Positions 13,689 through 26,994 are shown, numbered from the stretch's first letter. The stretch: DNA of 64,000 nucleotides from Octopus sinensis (GCF_006345805.1 NC_043012.1:50902001-50966000); one strand, 5' to 3'. A program made the numbers and translations. Notes: a model not told the origin generated them from the sequence alone.

Positions 13689-14465
13689 GCTGCTGCTGAT
13701 ATTACCTCTACTACTACTAAGGATAATAATTTTAAAAAAATAACGGTAATAACAGCAATAATAATGGTAATAATAGTAATAATAATAACAACAACAGCAA
13801 GAATAAGACGAGTCAATCCCCTAATACCTCCCTAAACTTTAACTTGTCCATAAATAGTACAGCATCTTCCCTCTCCACAACTAACCCACATAAAAAAAGA
13901 TCGCTGTGACTGCATTCCAGGACCGAATGTCCGCTGTAAGCCTACTGCAGAAGATTTAACGTAGTATACACATGGCTTGTCCACAACATATTACATACTA
14001 CTCTTAGTTACTATATCGAGTCTACTATCAATTTTAAACATAGATATTCTGCACATCTAATCTCAGTTAAATAAGAAGAGCATAGCAAATGAACCTTCCT
14101 AGCCAAACACTTACACCATCTGATAAATAGGATAGTATCATATAGAACATCGTGGGCCATAAGAGATTCTGGTGTCCCATACGAAGGCCAGCGCTCAATA
14201 TGAAACATTTTCTACATGTATGCATAAGCTGTTTTGCATCTTTATATTCCTCCATAGGTCCAAATGCAAGCAAAATCAAATCCTATAACACTTTCTTCGC
14301 TATCAACATAAGTATCTTAGTAGCTTGCTAGATTTAATTCTTAAAATTTTACAATTTTTAATTTTTAATTTTAAACTTTAAATTTCAATTTAACTTTCAA
14401 ATTTAAAATTTAAATTTTTACTTCTTTAAGTTTTATCCTTTATCCATTTAATTGTAGTTTTATCC

Positions 14466-14524
<59 letters not shown>

Positions 14525-15470
14525 CCTTAAACTAGGAATCTATTTTTCGTTATCCCTACTGATGACTGACCACACCTAACTTAGATTTCATCTATTTAAT
14601 TAATAGACTTAAATACCTTCCAACTTCACTTTACCAAACATTACATCCCGAACCGACACTTACGAAGAATATTACTGACATTTTATCTGTATCTTTATTC
14701 TTTTAATTCTTAGTTCGTATCTTTACTTTTTCTTTTTCTTTAGTTATGATTTTTTATTTTACTTTACTTTATCTCTAATTCATTGTTTCCTACACCTATC
14801 CCACTCCTGCTTTTCTCTCCTTTTTCTCTCTTCTATCCACTCATTCACATCACACTTCTGTCTATCTTCATGTAAGACTTTCACACTCTATATACCCACG
14901 TGGACCATTTGCATAAGAGCTAACCATTTAATCCATTATTTGAACATGAACGCATCATTCGAAATACCACCTCGATTAACCTGAGATTATACCTTCACAA
15001 AAGTACAGATCAAATTCCTTACCTCCTGGAAAAAGACGAACTGTGAAATTTGTTCTGTCTGTATTCTTCTACCTTTTACTCTTTATTCTTCTATATCGTT
15101 CCTTATAAACTGTTAATTTTCCTGTTTAGAACTTTCATTCATGCTCACCTTGACGGAATATCTAGTATGCAAACATTCTAGCCTATCGCTCAAGATATCC
15201 CAGAAACAGCTGTAGGAGTGCAAATTCACCTCGCCTCAATTCAATTATTTCAAATGACATGAGATACTTGTCGTGCCTTGCTTTTTGTTGGCCTTTCCCT
15301 CTAATATATACCTACTAACACGGAAGCCTAACACGGAAGCCTAACACGGACCCTTTGATCCAGCCTCAGCAGGGAAATTAGAACCTAATGATCGACCAAT
15401 CAAAACAGTTACTCAGCGTAAGTATTCGTTTAGTTCACCAGTGAACTAAACCCCTCAAATTCTTTATATA
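13469..15470 (+). mobile_element. Penelope-like element (Naiad-like), degenerate 3' part: linker, GIY-YIG endonuclease and 3' UTR/pLTR
   Basis: 13890-14300 reads (with a frameshift) RCDC...ECPL*AYC...VVY...YIESTINFKHRYSAH...FLAKHLHHL...W, the CxC-CPLxxC-VVY-YIG-type endonuclease. A pyrimidine-rich 3' UTR and a hammerhead-like remnant near 15144-15220 follow. Confidence 0.75.
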
Positions 15471-15711
15471 TATAATGTGTGTGCGCGCAGGTGTGTGTGT
15501 GTGTATGTGTGTGTGTGTTATCGAACACACATATCCAATGTATGTGTCTTGATTGTTCTTTGGTTGGTTGCGATTTAACGCAGTACTGATGTCTCTCTTA
15601 AAGCGTAGGTTGTCATAAATATATTCATACATATATAGATAGAGAGAGAAACATAGATAGCTAGATGAATAGATAGATGTATAGACAGATATATATATAT
15701 ATATATGTATA

Positions 15712-15811
<100 letters not shown>

Positions 15812-17117
15812 TATATGTATATATATATATATAGCTAGATAGATAGATAGATAGATAATAGATGGATAGATAGATAGATAATCATACATATACATATTAT
15901 ATATGCGTGTGTTGTGTGAATATGTTTCCTGAGATACGTGTGTGAGTATTAATGAAAGAAATGTCATTCAAATCATAAACTGATACTAAGGGGGCGAAAT
16001 ATATCCATGCAATATTGATCCATATACACCTTATCTTTATTTTTTATGTGTAGCAACTCAAAATGCTATGGTCCTTGCTTTTTCTAATGTGTTATTTTTT
16101 ATAGTGCTCCTGATAAAAATATATTATCTCACGAGTAAATTCAGAACGCTTGCTCCTCAATCAGAACACGGTTTTAGGAATTAATCTGTAAGTAGTACAA
16201 TTTATGTGATTAATTGGGAAAAGATGACAATCCACAAGTATAACAATATTTATGTAGTCCGATATGTATGAATTTTCTTCATTTATGTACAATAACTATC
16301 GGAAGGTTTCTAAATCATTTCAGTATAAACCTCCATCACATACCATCAATCTTTCAAAGGATAGAAATGAATCTGTCTCACGAAGTTATCTACTACTTAT
16401 AAATGCTTACTATGTTAAATTGCAAAAAGACTATCACTGTATACAATATTTCATTCAAAAATGCCATCAAACTTGCTAATTATTTTGCCTCAAATTTCAC
16501 ATAAAAATCCTCAACAAAACTCGGGATTATAGCTTTGTAGAACTTAATCCAAAGTGCAAACTTCTGTAGCAACAAGTGTCATTTGTTCACACACATTGAT
16601 TACGTGAAATTATTCCTTCCATCATCCTGAAATAGCGTAATATTCATATTCCTGCCAACCTTGTAGTTAATTTTCTCTACACGTGTATGCACTGCAACTA
16701 AAGGTAACATATTTATGCATACCCCATCAGCAATAATGATTTATAACCAAGTACCTCGTGTATTAACTTGAAATAATTCATAGATGCAAATACTGCCATT
16801 AAAGACGTCAATTCTGAATTATATTGATCTAAGATTAGTACAGAGATAATTATTATCTTTATGCACCGCATCCATGTGAACTGGTTAAGGGCATCATGTA
16901 TTCATTGTTCTCATTTTAAGTCATTAAACCTTTTTGTGTTTTTTAAGATACTCTTTTCCCTAGCTTCAAAAATATGAAACTGTTTATGGACGAGTGTACG
17001 CAAAACATTATTTACAAACAGACCATTAAAACTTTGGAAATTACAGAATATTGTTTTAAAAGAAATAATGTGACTCTATCCTTTTGAACTCTTCTTTTCA
17101 TATTTGAAGAAGCAAAC

Positions 17118-17560
17118 AGGTGTCGAGCAGGCAGAATCGTTAGCAAAGCTGGGAAAATTCTTAGCGGCATCGCTTCTGACTTTACGCTATGAGTTCAAAT
17201 GCCACCGGAATCGACTTTGCTTTCATTCATTTGGGGTTCGATAAAATTAATACCTATTCCTTTATTACCCACAAGGGGCTAAACATAGAGGGGACAAACA
17301 ATGACAGACATAGGTATTAAGTCGATTACATCGACCCCAGTGCGTAACTGGTACTTAATTTATTGACCCGGAAAGGATGAAAGGTAAAGTCGACCTCGGC
17401 TGAATTTGAACTCACAACGCAACGGCAGACGAAATACCGTTAAGCATTTGGCCCGACGTGCTAACGTTTCTGCCAGCTCTCCGGTTGAGCACTGGGGTTG
17501 ATGTAATCAGCATACACATTTCCCCTGAATTATTGCTCCTGTGCCAAAATTTGAAATCAA
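17118..17560 (+). mobile_element. SINE family 1 copy interrupted by an antisense family 1 copy (17254-17483)
   Basis: The plus-strand head and core run to ...GATAAAATTAATAC and resume at GTTGAGCACTGGGGTTGATGTAATC after a complete minus-strand copy. Confidence 0.75.
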
Positions 17561-18313
17561 TACTAGAGGAAGAATTGTCCACCAGTTTATTTCAAGGCGG
17601 TGCCTCATTAAATGCAGTCTAATAAATGAAGCAATTCAAAGATAGAAGATAAAGATATATTTTTTAAATACTCGCCAAACGATCGAAAACAAATATGCTT
17701 TTTACTATGAGCAGAAATATCGCATTCCTTTATTTACGAAAAACCGATGGGCATAGTAGCTATATTGATCCAAGCACTTCACTTATCCATCGGAAAAGAT
17801 TAAATAATAAGGCCCAACTCAGTTTATCTCACACTCTAAAGCTGCGCTACTGAAATTCTCAAGAATTTTTTTTTTATTCCGTTCATCATGTGCAAGTGAT
17901 TCCAACTTGGAAGTATATGAAGTGTTTTATTCCTGACAATTTTGCTTTGTGGTAATATATATTTTGCGAAGCCTCGGTGTTTCACATGTTACCCAATGGC
18001 AATTCGTTATTTTCAGAAAATTCCACTTAATCCGAAAACTAAATGCTTTTGAATGAGCCATAACAAACCAATTTCACAGAGAAAAACTAATATATACGGA
18101 TCAAACGTGCTTACTAAATAATTTCGTGCATATTAAAAACGTACATAATGTGCCTAAAGTTAAGAGAATAACAAACAACGCAGAAACAGATAAGTCCATG
18201 GTGATGTACAAAAAAGTGTGGCGACATTCAAGATATAACATAATCTTGCTTCTGAGGAAATATCTGATAAAGAAATATTTCGATAAACAAATTGAACATA
18301 CATAGACAAGAGA

Positions 18314-18690
18314 AGTGGCCGAGTGTTAAGAAGATTACTCCCCAAACAGATGGCTCCAGGTTCAGTGCTTGTACCTTTAATTATAGACTCGGGCCAGCCA
18401 AAGCCTGGTTTGTGGATTTGTTAAATGGAAGCAGGAACCCATCGAATATACATATATACATACATATTTACTCATACATGTATGTATATATTTATGTGTA
18501 TGGGTCATTGTGCCTGTGTTTATCCACCCCAAAATGGCTTTACAACTAATGTTGTTTTTACGTCCTAATAAAGTAGCATTTTGGCAAAGCTACCGATAGA
18601 ACACATATCTGGTTTTGATATAAATAGTGCTAGTGTTCACTCATTAGGCAGCATGGCCGCAGACTAATGACAGAAAGAAGTAAACATATA
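18314..18690 (+). mobile_element. tRNA-derived SINE (family 2, internal AT/GT microsatellite), degenerate
   Basis: The 5' part resembles 29781-29945 and the 3' part (CAGCATGGCCGCAG...) resembles 33170-33389. Confidence 0.65.
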
Positions 18691-19097
18691 AATGATTCAA
18701 TACTAGATGTTTTGAGTGTGGAAACGAAGAACTCAATAGAAACTAACAGATGAGTGAAGTTATAGAAAAATCAAGCAAAATTTCTTCACCACAGCAAAGG
18801 TTTTAAAATGCAAATATACACCTTAATTGAGTGAACTTCGCAGAAATGCTCATAACGCTTGTACAAATATGCGTCTTGTTATATCTGCTCCTAATTTGTC
18901 CTAAATAAAGCTAACGTTCCAAAAACAGGACATATAAGTAATAAATTGCATTCAAAGTAACTGTTTAACTTTGGGCAATATCCATTTTAACATTTATTTT
19001 TTCTTTCATTGTTTTGAAATACTGACCAGTCACGGCGATCTACTTTGTGTTAAATGTTCTTAGCAAGCTCGTTGTTACTTATAGAAGAGTAGAGTTG

Positions 19098-19270
19098 TAT
19101 ATTTAAGAGATGGGGAATTATGTACATTATTTATATTATTCACATTTGACGGATATTTGTCCTCATTTTGTTTGTTGTTGACACAACTTTTCCGCTGATA
19201 TACCCTCCAGGCTTCAACATGTGCCTTGGGGAAATTTCGAACTTGGGTTCTCATTCCTAAAGTATTTTTC
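19098..19270 (-). mobile_element. (AAT/AAC)n-associated short repeat with a degenerate minimal hammerhead (PLE pLTR-like), copy A
   Basis: Reverse-complement homolog of 19711-19830 and 26413-26560. Confidence 0.7.
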
Positions 19271-19341
19271 GTTGTTGTTGTTGTTATTTATTATTATGAT
19301 TGTTATTAGTTTTATTATTACTAGTATTATTATTATTACTA

Positions 19342-19396
<55 letters not shown>

Positions 19397-19526
19397 CATC
19401 ATCATCATTACTACTACTAATACTACTAGTAGTAGTAGTAGCAGCAGCAGCAGCAGCTGTAGTAGTATTAGCAGCAGTAGCAGCAGCAGCAGCAGTAGTA
19501 GTGGTAGTAGTAGTAGTGGTAGTAGC

Positions 19527-19581
<55 letters not shown>

Positions 19582-19590
19582 ATAGTAGTA
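19270..19590. repeat. Compound microsatellite (TTA)n/(AGC)n/(AGT)n
   Basis: Read directly from the sequence. Confidence 0.95.
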
Positions 19591-19591
19591 T

Positions 19592-19699
19592 TCAGGTCAC
19601 TGCTTGGAATCAAACTCGGAATCTTGGGGTTATTAGCCCGCGCTCTTAACCACTACGCCATATGCCCGTGGGCATATGGCGTAGTGGTTAAGAGCGCGG
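19592..19699. repeat. tRNA-like sequence in a head-to-head palindrome (perfect 30-bp arms at 19638-19667 and 19670-19699)
   Basis: CCGCGCTCTTAACCACTACGCCATATGCCC-GT-GGGCATATGGCGTAGTGGTTAAGAGCGCGG. The minus-strand arm has an A-box (TGGCGTAGTGG) and a B-box-like GAGTTTGATTCC. Confidence 0.85.
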
Positions 19700-19710
19700 T
19701 TAAGTGGCTA

Positions 19711-19830
19711 AGTTCGAAATTTCTGAAGACACCTCATGAAGTGTAGAGGGTATATCATCCGAAACGTTGTGTTAACAGCAAACAAGATGAGGACAAATAT
19801 CCGTCAAGTGTAAATAATGTAAATAATTAT
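19711..19830 (+). mobile_element. Hammerhead-bearing short repeat, copy B
   Basis: GACAC-CTCATGA-...-CC-GAAAC-GTT-GTGTT is a minimal hammerhead layout with one core mismatch. Confidence 0.7.
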
Positions 19831-20196
19831 AGAAAAGTGTTGACAACAAATTAAGCGAAAGAAAATATTCTACGTAAATTTGGTTCGTACGTATGGAATT
19901 TATCAACCCCGCAGACGCACGTTAGTTCATATCTGATGTTGGAAATGTTGAAAAATAATTAGGAAATATCGTAAGACATTCTGTACATTGCTCTTGCGAA
20001 TAGGCTAATACACCCTTTTCAAACAACATAGCGTAACACTTTAGTTACACGAGAGTATTTTTTGTAGAGCTGGGTATCTCATTTAGCCGGGGTTACCAAT
20101 TAGTAAGGTCAATGCAGACGGATTATATATGAACGTCTGTGTTCAAGACTGGAATCTTCCAACTAATATGTAATTTTTTACGTACTCCTCTTGTTG

Positions 20197-20531
20197 TGAA
20201 GGTGCATAACTGAGTGGATCGAGCGTAGAGCTTACGATCGTGAGGTTGCGAGTTCAATTACCGGACTGGGCTGAATCTTGTGTTGTTGAGCAAGACACTT
20301 TATTACACGTTGCTCCAGTTCACTCAGCTGGAGAAATGAGTTGCGACTTCACTGGTGCCATGTTGTATCGGCCTTTGCCTTTCCCTTGGATAACATCAGT
20401 GGTGTGGAGAGGGTATGCATCGTATGCATGAGCAACTGCTTGTCTTCCACAAACGATTTTGCCCTGACTTATGCCTCGAAGGGTAACCTCTTAGGCGCAA
20501 TTTCATGATCATTTATGACCGAAGGAGGTCC
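20197..20531 (+). mobile_element. tRNA-derived SINE (family 3), full length
   Basis: tRNA-like head with GAGTTCAATT B-box, then a TTGAGCAAGACAC...CACTCAGCTG core. An inverted homolog is at 47921-48259. Confidence 0.85.
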
Positions 20532-21457
20532 CCTCCTCCCGTTGTTTAACATCGGATACACATAAAGCAGCAATCATGTTTACTTAGACTCCGACAAGAG
20601 AATAAACGTTTTGCGCCGCTGTCTCGTAGTTCTTTAGAAGAAGTAGACCCATCTCCTTCAATTCGAACTTACCGACTTTAAAAATGGAGACTTTTGTCAA
20701 TGCATTGCTAGATATATGTAAACAAAGCTGTTATAACCTTCAATGCTGTTGTCATATATCTACTCTAACATATTTGATTTCAATACAAAAGCAACAATGT
20801 AATATATACAATAACATTGTATTCGTCTGTATTTAGAATTTAAATTTCAGTTTTAATCGATAAAAATGGAACATTGAGTCCATTACAGAATTGGGTGGAT
20901 CAATTATAGAAATTTTCAAGTATAAATTTCGTTACTTTTCAGTTTAAATTGCATTAGCCTATTGCACATTTAAATCCATGATATTTCACTCTATTATAAC
21001 CACCTGTTGCAATGCATTCTTTTTTCTTCCAATTGGGTGAATATTATTACATAATAATACATCGTTTTAGAATAAGAAAACATTTCTTGTGATACAGTTT
21101 TGAAAATCCAAAGTAGAAAGTGAAGTTTAAAAGTGCAGAAAAGAAATGTGAACGAAAATCAAATATGGTGATGGGGAGTGTATGAATGGAGATTGTGTGT
21201 TACTTACATATGTGTATAACGAAGGTGAGGCGTATACACACACATACACAAAAATGACTGTGGCGTGCACACAGACGTATACACAAGACATGCGCACATA
21301 TGCATATGCACACACATATATATGCACACACATACATATGCACACAATACATGCTCACGAGCAAACCGCTTATATATAAATTGGCTTTAAAATATTTTTT
21401 CTCGTGATACCTTTAACAAAATTATTCTGCTCCAAATCTCAAACTTGGACCGCCCCG

Positions 21458-21494
<37 letters not shown>

Positions 21495-21497
21495 TCT

Positions 21498-21532
<35 letters not shown>

Positions 21533-22287
21533 CTCACTCGTTCTCTCTCTATCTATATATCTGTCTATCTCTTATTTTGAGATAAAGGCTTAACGGATCT
21601 CCAAAGACATCATGAATCCAACAATCAGTTTTAACGCAGCAAACAAGTGAGTACTCTTCCCATACGTTCACTACTTCACTGCTACAATTTATTCAGGTTT
21701 GTACCAATTTAATCGTTACCTTCTGAAGTATTTATTTAAGAACTGCGTCTGGTTTTTGACAACTGAATGTCATCTTTTCCCTCGAAGGTTCTGATTATTG
21801 CTGCCTCAAATGCATTTAAAGCTTGTTATTTCACGTAATTTTAGACTTGTCAATCTTTGTTGACAAGAGTTATGCCCTCTCGCGAGCTGCAGGAGTAGTA
21901 AACTTAAGGCTTGATACACCTGAGAAATGGAATACGAGAGTATTCTAAAAACGTATCCAGCTCACATGGCACAATTATCTAGGCTAGTATTTGTTTATAT
22001 GTAACGTGTCATTATTGCATTAAGTGTTTAAAGTGTTACTCAAGCATTTTTCTTCAGTGGCGCCTACAAAAGCTTGCTATCTGCGTGCATTGTACGCACA
22101 TTAAATAAAATTTAATATTCCATGAGGTACATTTCATTTCTCATCAACGGTAAGATTATGGACAACAGGAAATATTTGTAATATACATGTCCTCATCTCA
22201 CAATAGATATGCTATGGGATTAAGTTCTTCAAAGCTAGTCTTTAAACAGCATTTGAAAGGTTCACGTTTCTTTCATGTGGAAGTCAG

Positions 22288-22362
<75 letters not shown>

Positions 22363-22373
22363 ATAATATATAT

Positions 22374-22417
<44 letters not shown>

Positions 22418-22545
22418 CTGTAGCATTATGTAGTGCTCAATATATAATCGATATTTGACTTCACCGCATTAGTGTGTCTTAGACTTAGAGATAAACGTCT
22501 CCTTTCGTCGTTAGTGTGCATATATCTATATAAACACATACAAGC

Positions 22546-22625
<80 letters not shown>

Positions 22626-23289
22626 TGTATGTATATATGTGTGTATGTAGATACATGCATACACACGTGCAATATACATAACCGATTTGTGTGACAATAT
22701 CTGATATAGAGATGAATTACGTGTATTTTATTGTTTTTCTTTATATGAATAGACGGCTAAATACACTGCATAAATATGTTTCACACAATCATGCCACGTA
22801 TATAGATGGATTCATACTTTATGTTAAGAGTAAAAACTTGTTTAAGTTATCTAAATCCTAATATTTATGTTATCATCATAATATACTAACATAAGATTAC
22901 ACATCCATTTCGTGTTTGTTTTTATTCTGCTTTGTATTCCCTCATCTTGGTGAAGTAATTCCGTTTATTCAATATTTGTTAAAGAAGATCTCTGTAATCT
23001 TAATAAAGAGACAAGTTTATTATGTACATAGATCAATAAATCGATAATGCATCAATAAATCCATACAGTTTTCACTTAGGAAATAATTTTCATGAACAAT
23101 AAGAAAACATACAGGAACGATTAAAAGATGATACTCACTGATGGGCTATACATATGAGTAAATGCTCATACATACATACATATGTATATACACTCACACA
23201 CATACAGACACATTTATATTATACATATGTACATATATGTACATGTATATATATATATACATACGTACACACGCATTGATATGTATATA

Positions 23290-23332
<43 letters not shown>

Positions 23333-24115
23333 TGTGCATATATGTACATATGTATAATATAAATGTGTCTGTATATATATATATACATACATACACACGC
23401 ATTGATATGTATATACATCTATGTGTATATATATATATATACATCCTACATACTCATGTATGTGCACACACGTGTTCATATGCGTGTTTTGCAATGTAAT
23501 TGTATGTATCTATAGGAAGGGGAGAGGGGAAATGTACTCTTTAAACTTCTCGTCTTATGAATCATTATTTTCTATAGATTTCCTTTAAATGAAATCTGAG
23601 GTAAAGACAACCATCTTTTCTTTACTTCGTTTTCTTCTTCTGTCTCCTCTTCTACCTCTCGTCTCTTTTCTTCCCATTTTTTCTAGTTTTTGCTTCACTT
23701 TTTTTATTTAACCTCTTTTTCTGATTTTCATAGTTTTTAAAATGTTATTCTAATTTAAATTATGAGTTTCATTTTTTTTATATCTTCATTAAAAATTAAA
23801 TTGAAATTTGCCGTCGATTTCGTAAGAAAGAAAACTTCATAATTATTCACTTCCTCAACCTTTTATATCAACACTACAGATAGAAACACAGCAGTTAATG
23901 CCATAACTTATTACGTTCATCGAGGCACTTTCAACCGTCTTTCTGAGTCTCGGAAAGCTTTGACCACAGCAGAAGCTGTTGTTGTTTGGCTCTTGTTCCC
24001 TCCGAGGAAATTTATTCAGAACAACATGAAGTCAAACGGTAGTCATTCTCTCTTCTTATTAGATACAACGTCACTAGGTATATTTTATTATATTATGCAA
24101 TGGGTGATTCTCTTA

Positions 24116-24347
24116 CGACGGAGCTGGCAGAAAAGCTAGCACGTCGGGCGAAATGCTTAGCGGTATTTCGTCTGCCGTTACGTTTTGAGTTCAAATTCCG
24201 CCGAGGTCGACTTTGCCTTTCATCCTTTTGGCGTCGATTAAATAAGTACCAATTACGCACTGGGATTTTATATAATCGACTTAAACCGTTTGTCTGACCT
24301 TGTTTGTCCTCTCTGTATTTAGCCCCTTGTGGGTAGTAAAGAAATAG
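24116..24347 (+). mobile_element. tRNA-derived SINE (family 1), near full length
   Basis: GAGCTGGCAGAA...GAGTTCAAATTCCGCCGAGGTCGACTTTGCCTTTCATCC...CCCCTTGTGGGTAGTAAAGAAATAG. Confidence 0.9.
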
Positions 24348-24870
24348 ATAAGGTTTAATTTGAGGCTAATTTGGATGCCATAATTAACATATTGTCTCTT
24401 TGCATTGACACTCGTTAGCTGTCTCCAAAATATCAATCATTTAAAGTAGCAAAACATACCGAAAGATGTGTTTGTCTTTACCGTATGGCCATTGGTTGCG
24501 CAGATCTTCATTCAGGTTAAAAGTATTAACCTCACCACAATTAGAACTTCCATAGCATTATATGCAGCAGTGTTCCCTCTAATAATTAAGATCTCTGAAT
24601 GAAATTCGATCTGTATGCCATTTGAAAAAGACATAGAGGTCAATACAGATAGTATGCTTTTAATTTATGTACAAATATTTCATAACAGCAACATGCAAAT
24701 TTTGTTATTGAGATTAATTAATAATATTTTCATTATAAATTAAATCAGTGTTGTATCGTGTGTACAAATAATACATTTTATATTTAACCATGAAGAAACA
24801 TTTCTGGTATGAAACTCTATCGCTCCAGCATTAATTACATTCGATGTGTTGAAATTCTTTGTTTGTTTCT

Positions 24871-25090
24871 TCTCGTCCCATGCCTGGCTCATAAAGGCCG
24901 GTGTCCCGGTTTCAGTGGCGGGACATCAGTCCATCGCAGCGTTACTCATTTTTGCCAGCTGAGTGGACTGGAGCAACGTGAATTGAAGTGTTTTGCTCAA
25001 GAACACAAGGCATCGCCCGTTCGAAGAATCGAAACAACAACCTTACGATCATGATGTCAATGCACTAACTACTAAGCCACGCACCTCCAC
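24871..25090 (-). mobile_element. tRNA-derived SINE sharing the family 3 head and core
   Basis: CAGCTGAGTGGACTGGAGCAACGTGA...TTGCTCAAGAACACAA is shared with 48121-48190. Confidence 0.8.
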
Positions 25091-25544
25091 ATGTTGATAT
25101 TAGATATCAAATATTCTTATTTTAAAAATTTAGTATAATCAATGCAACTGAAACGTAATCGATCAATAATATGGTATTGCCATTACCTTGAAAATTTTTT
25201 GCAGGTGAATCCTACCTTATTGTGTGGTTTCATTTAGTAGCTTCCAAGATTCCAGCTGATCAATTTTGTACCTGTATTGTTCATGTAGCGCTCTTAAGTT
25301 ATCCATTGATACTCCATGATATAAACAACTGAATTGTCTTTGCATTGAGTTTATTTATCCATTAATTAAGAAGTGGGTATCTAAATAAAATTTTGATTTA
25401 AGGAGTAGTATCACGGGCTTAAATATTAAATTTAAACACGTACTAGCACAAATAAATGTGAACACACATATTTACACATACATACAAACACATATAAGCA
25501 CAGACACACATACATATATACATGCATACATACACATATAGAAG

Positions 25545-25699
25545 AGCATGCGTGCTTGCCTTGTAAAGAGTTCGAATCATGCTGAGCACATGATTCTGGG
25601 TTCAGTCCCACTGCGTGGCACATTGGACAAGTATTTTCTACTATGGCCTCGGACAAGCGAAAGCCGCGTGAGTCACTTTGTGGAGGAAACTGAAAGAGG

Positions 25700-25710
<11 letters not shown>
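25545..25710 (+). mobile_element. SINE family 2, 5' part
   Basis: GGGTTCAGTCCCACTGCGTGGCAC...CTACTATGGCCTCGG...GGAAACTGAAAGA. Confidence 0.75.
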
Positions 25711-25751
<41 letters not shown>

Positions 25752-25767
25752 CGCAACAAACAGACAC

Positions 25768-25827
<60 letters not shown>

Positions 25828-25954
25828 AAAAACTTAGTTGGAGAAATACGAAAGTGACGCGAGGCGTTCAATCGTATAATAACAATTTAACAAATAAAAC
25901 ATGTGCATACATACATAATATATGTACATAACTACATCTATATGTATATATACA

Positions 25955-25994
<40 letters not shown>

Positions 25995-26258
25995 TACGGG
26001 ACACCATAAATAAACGTAGAACACAACGAGAAACGAAAACATAAAATCAAACAAGGAAACGGACTTTTTTAACAACGATAAAAAAAGGGTACAAGACAAA
26101 CAATACAAGGAATATTCCCCTTCATCAGCTAGGTATGTACATATATGTATGTATGTATGTATGCATATGTTTTATTTGTTAAATTGTTATTATATTTATA
26201 TATATTTATATAAATATATACATACATGCATGCATATTATGTGTGTATCTGTATGCGT

Positions 26259-26411
<153 letters not shown>

Positions 26412-26412
26412 A

Positions 26413-26560
26413 TCAAAAAATATATTAGGAATGAGATCACAGGTTCGAAATTTCTCAAAGACACTTGATAAAAGCTGGAGAGTATATCAGCCGAAATGTT
26501 GAGTTAACAACACAGATGAGGAAAAATATCCGTCAAATGTAAATAATGCAAACAATATAT
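26413..26560 (+). mobile_element. Hammerhead-bearing short repeat, copy C
   Basis: GACAC-TTGATAA-AAGCTG...CAGCC-GAAATGTT; homologous to copies A and B and preceded by (AAT)n(AAC)n. Confidence 0.7.
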
Positions 26561-26948
26561 GTAAGGGAACTTGAAAATTCACTGGAATTAGTTTTAATTT
26601 TCTATTTTTGAATTTTTAAACACTTAGCATTGAAGTCTGAATTGTGTGAAACTGGTTTACTCTTTAAAATTTAAATAATTGATATATTCCGGGCAGAGAT
26701 GCGGACCCTTCCATCTAGCGATTTGACGGTATCAGTTGAGCAGCCTGGTTTCAGAGTATTTGGTCTTCCTCAGTACTGGACTCCTATCTGCTAGATATGG
26801 CAGCCGTTCGCCCTAGCTCATAATATGTAGACAAATTTGCAGCATTCAGCAGCTGATCTTGTTTCAAGCCAAGTAGCTAGATATACAATCTTTATAAGAG
26901 ATACAAGTAGTAACTCTACTGGATAGTAATGTTTGTTTCCACTTCTAG

Positions 26949-26994
26949 CGGACAGGTGTCCAGTGCTGATGAATGACAAATACCACGAAACCAG
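26949..26994 (+). other. Candidate 46-nt internal exon of an unidentified gene
   Basis: Acceptor TTTGTTTCCACTTCTAG and donor CAG|GTATGT, with one open frame (DRCPVLMNDKYHET). No homology recognised. Confidence 0.3.

Noticed and set aside
19592-19667. Functional tRNA gene
   Set aside because: A- and B-box-like motifs are present, but the acceptor and T stems do not pair properly.
21582-21646. Candidate exon with a GTGAGT donor (MNPTISFNAAN)
   Set aside because: The acceptor derives from microsatellite sequence and the phase is incompatible with the next candidate exon.
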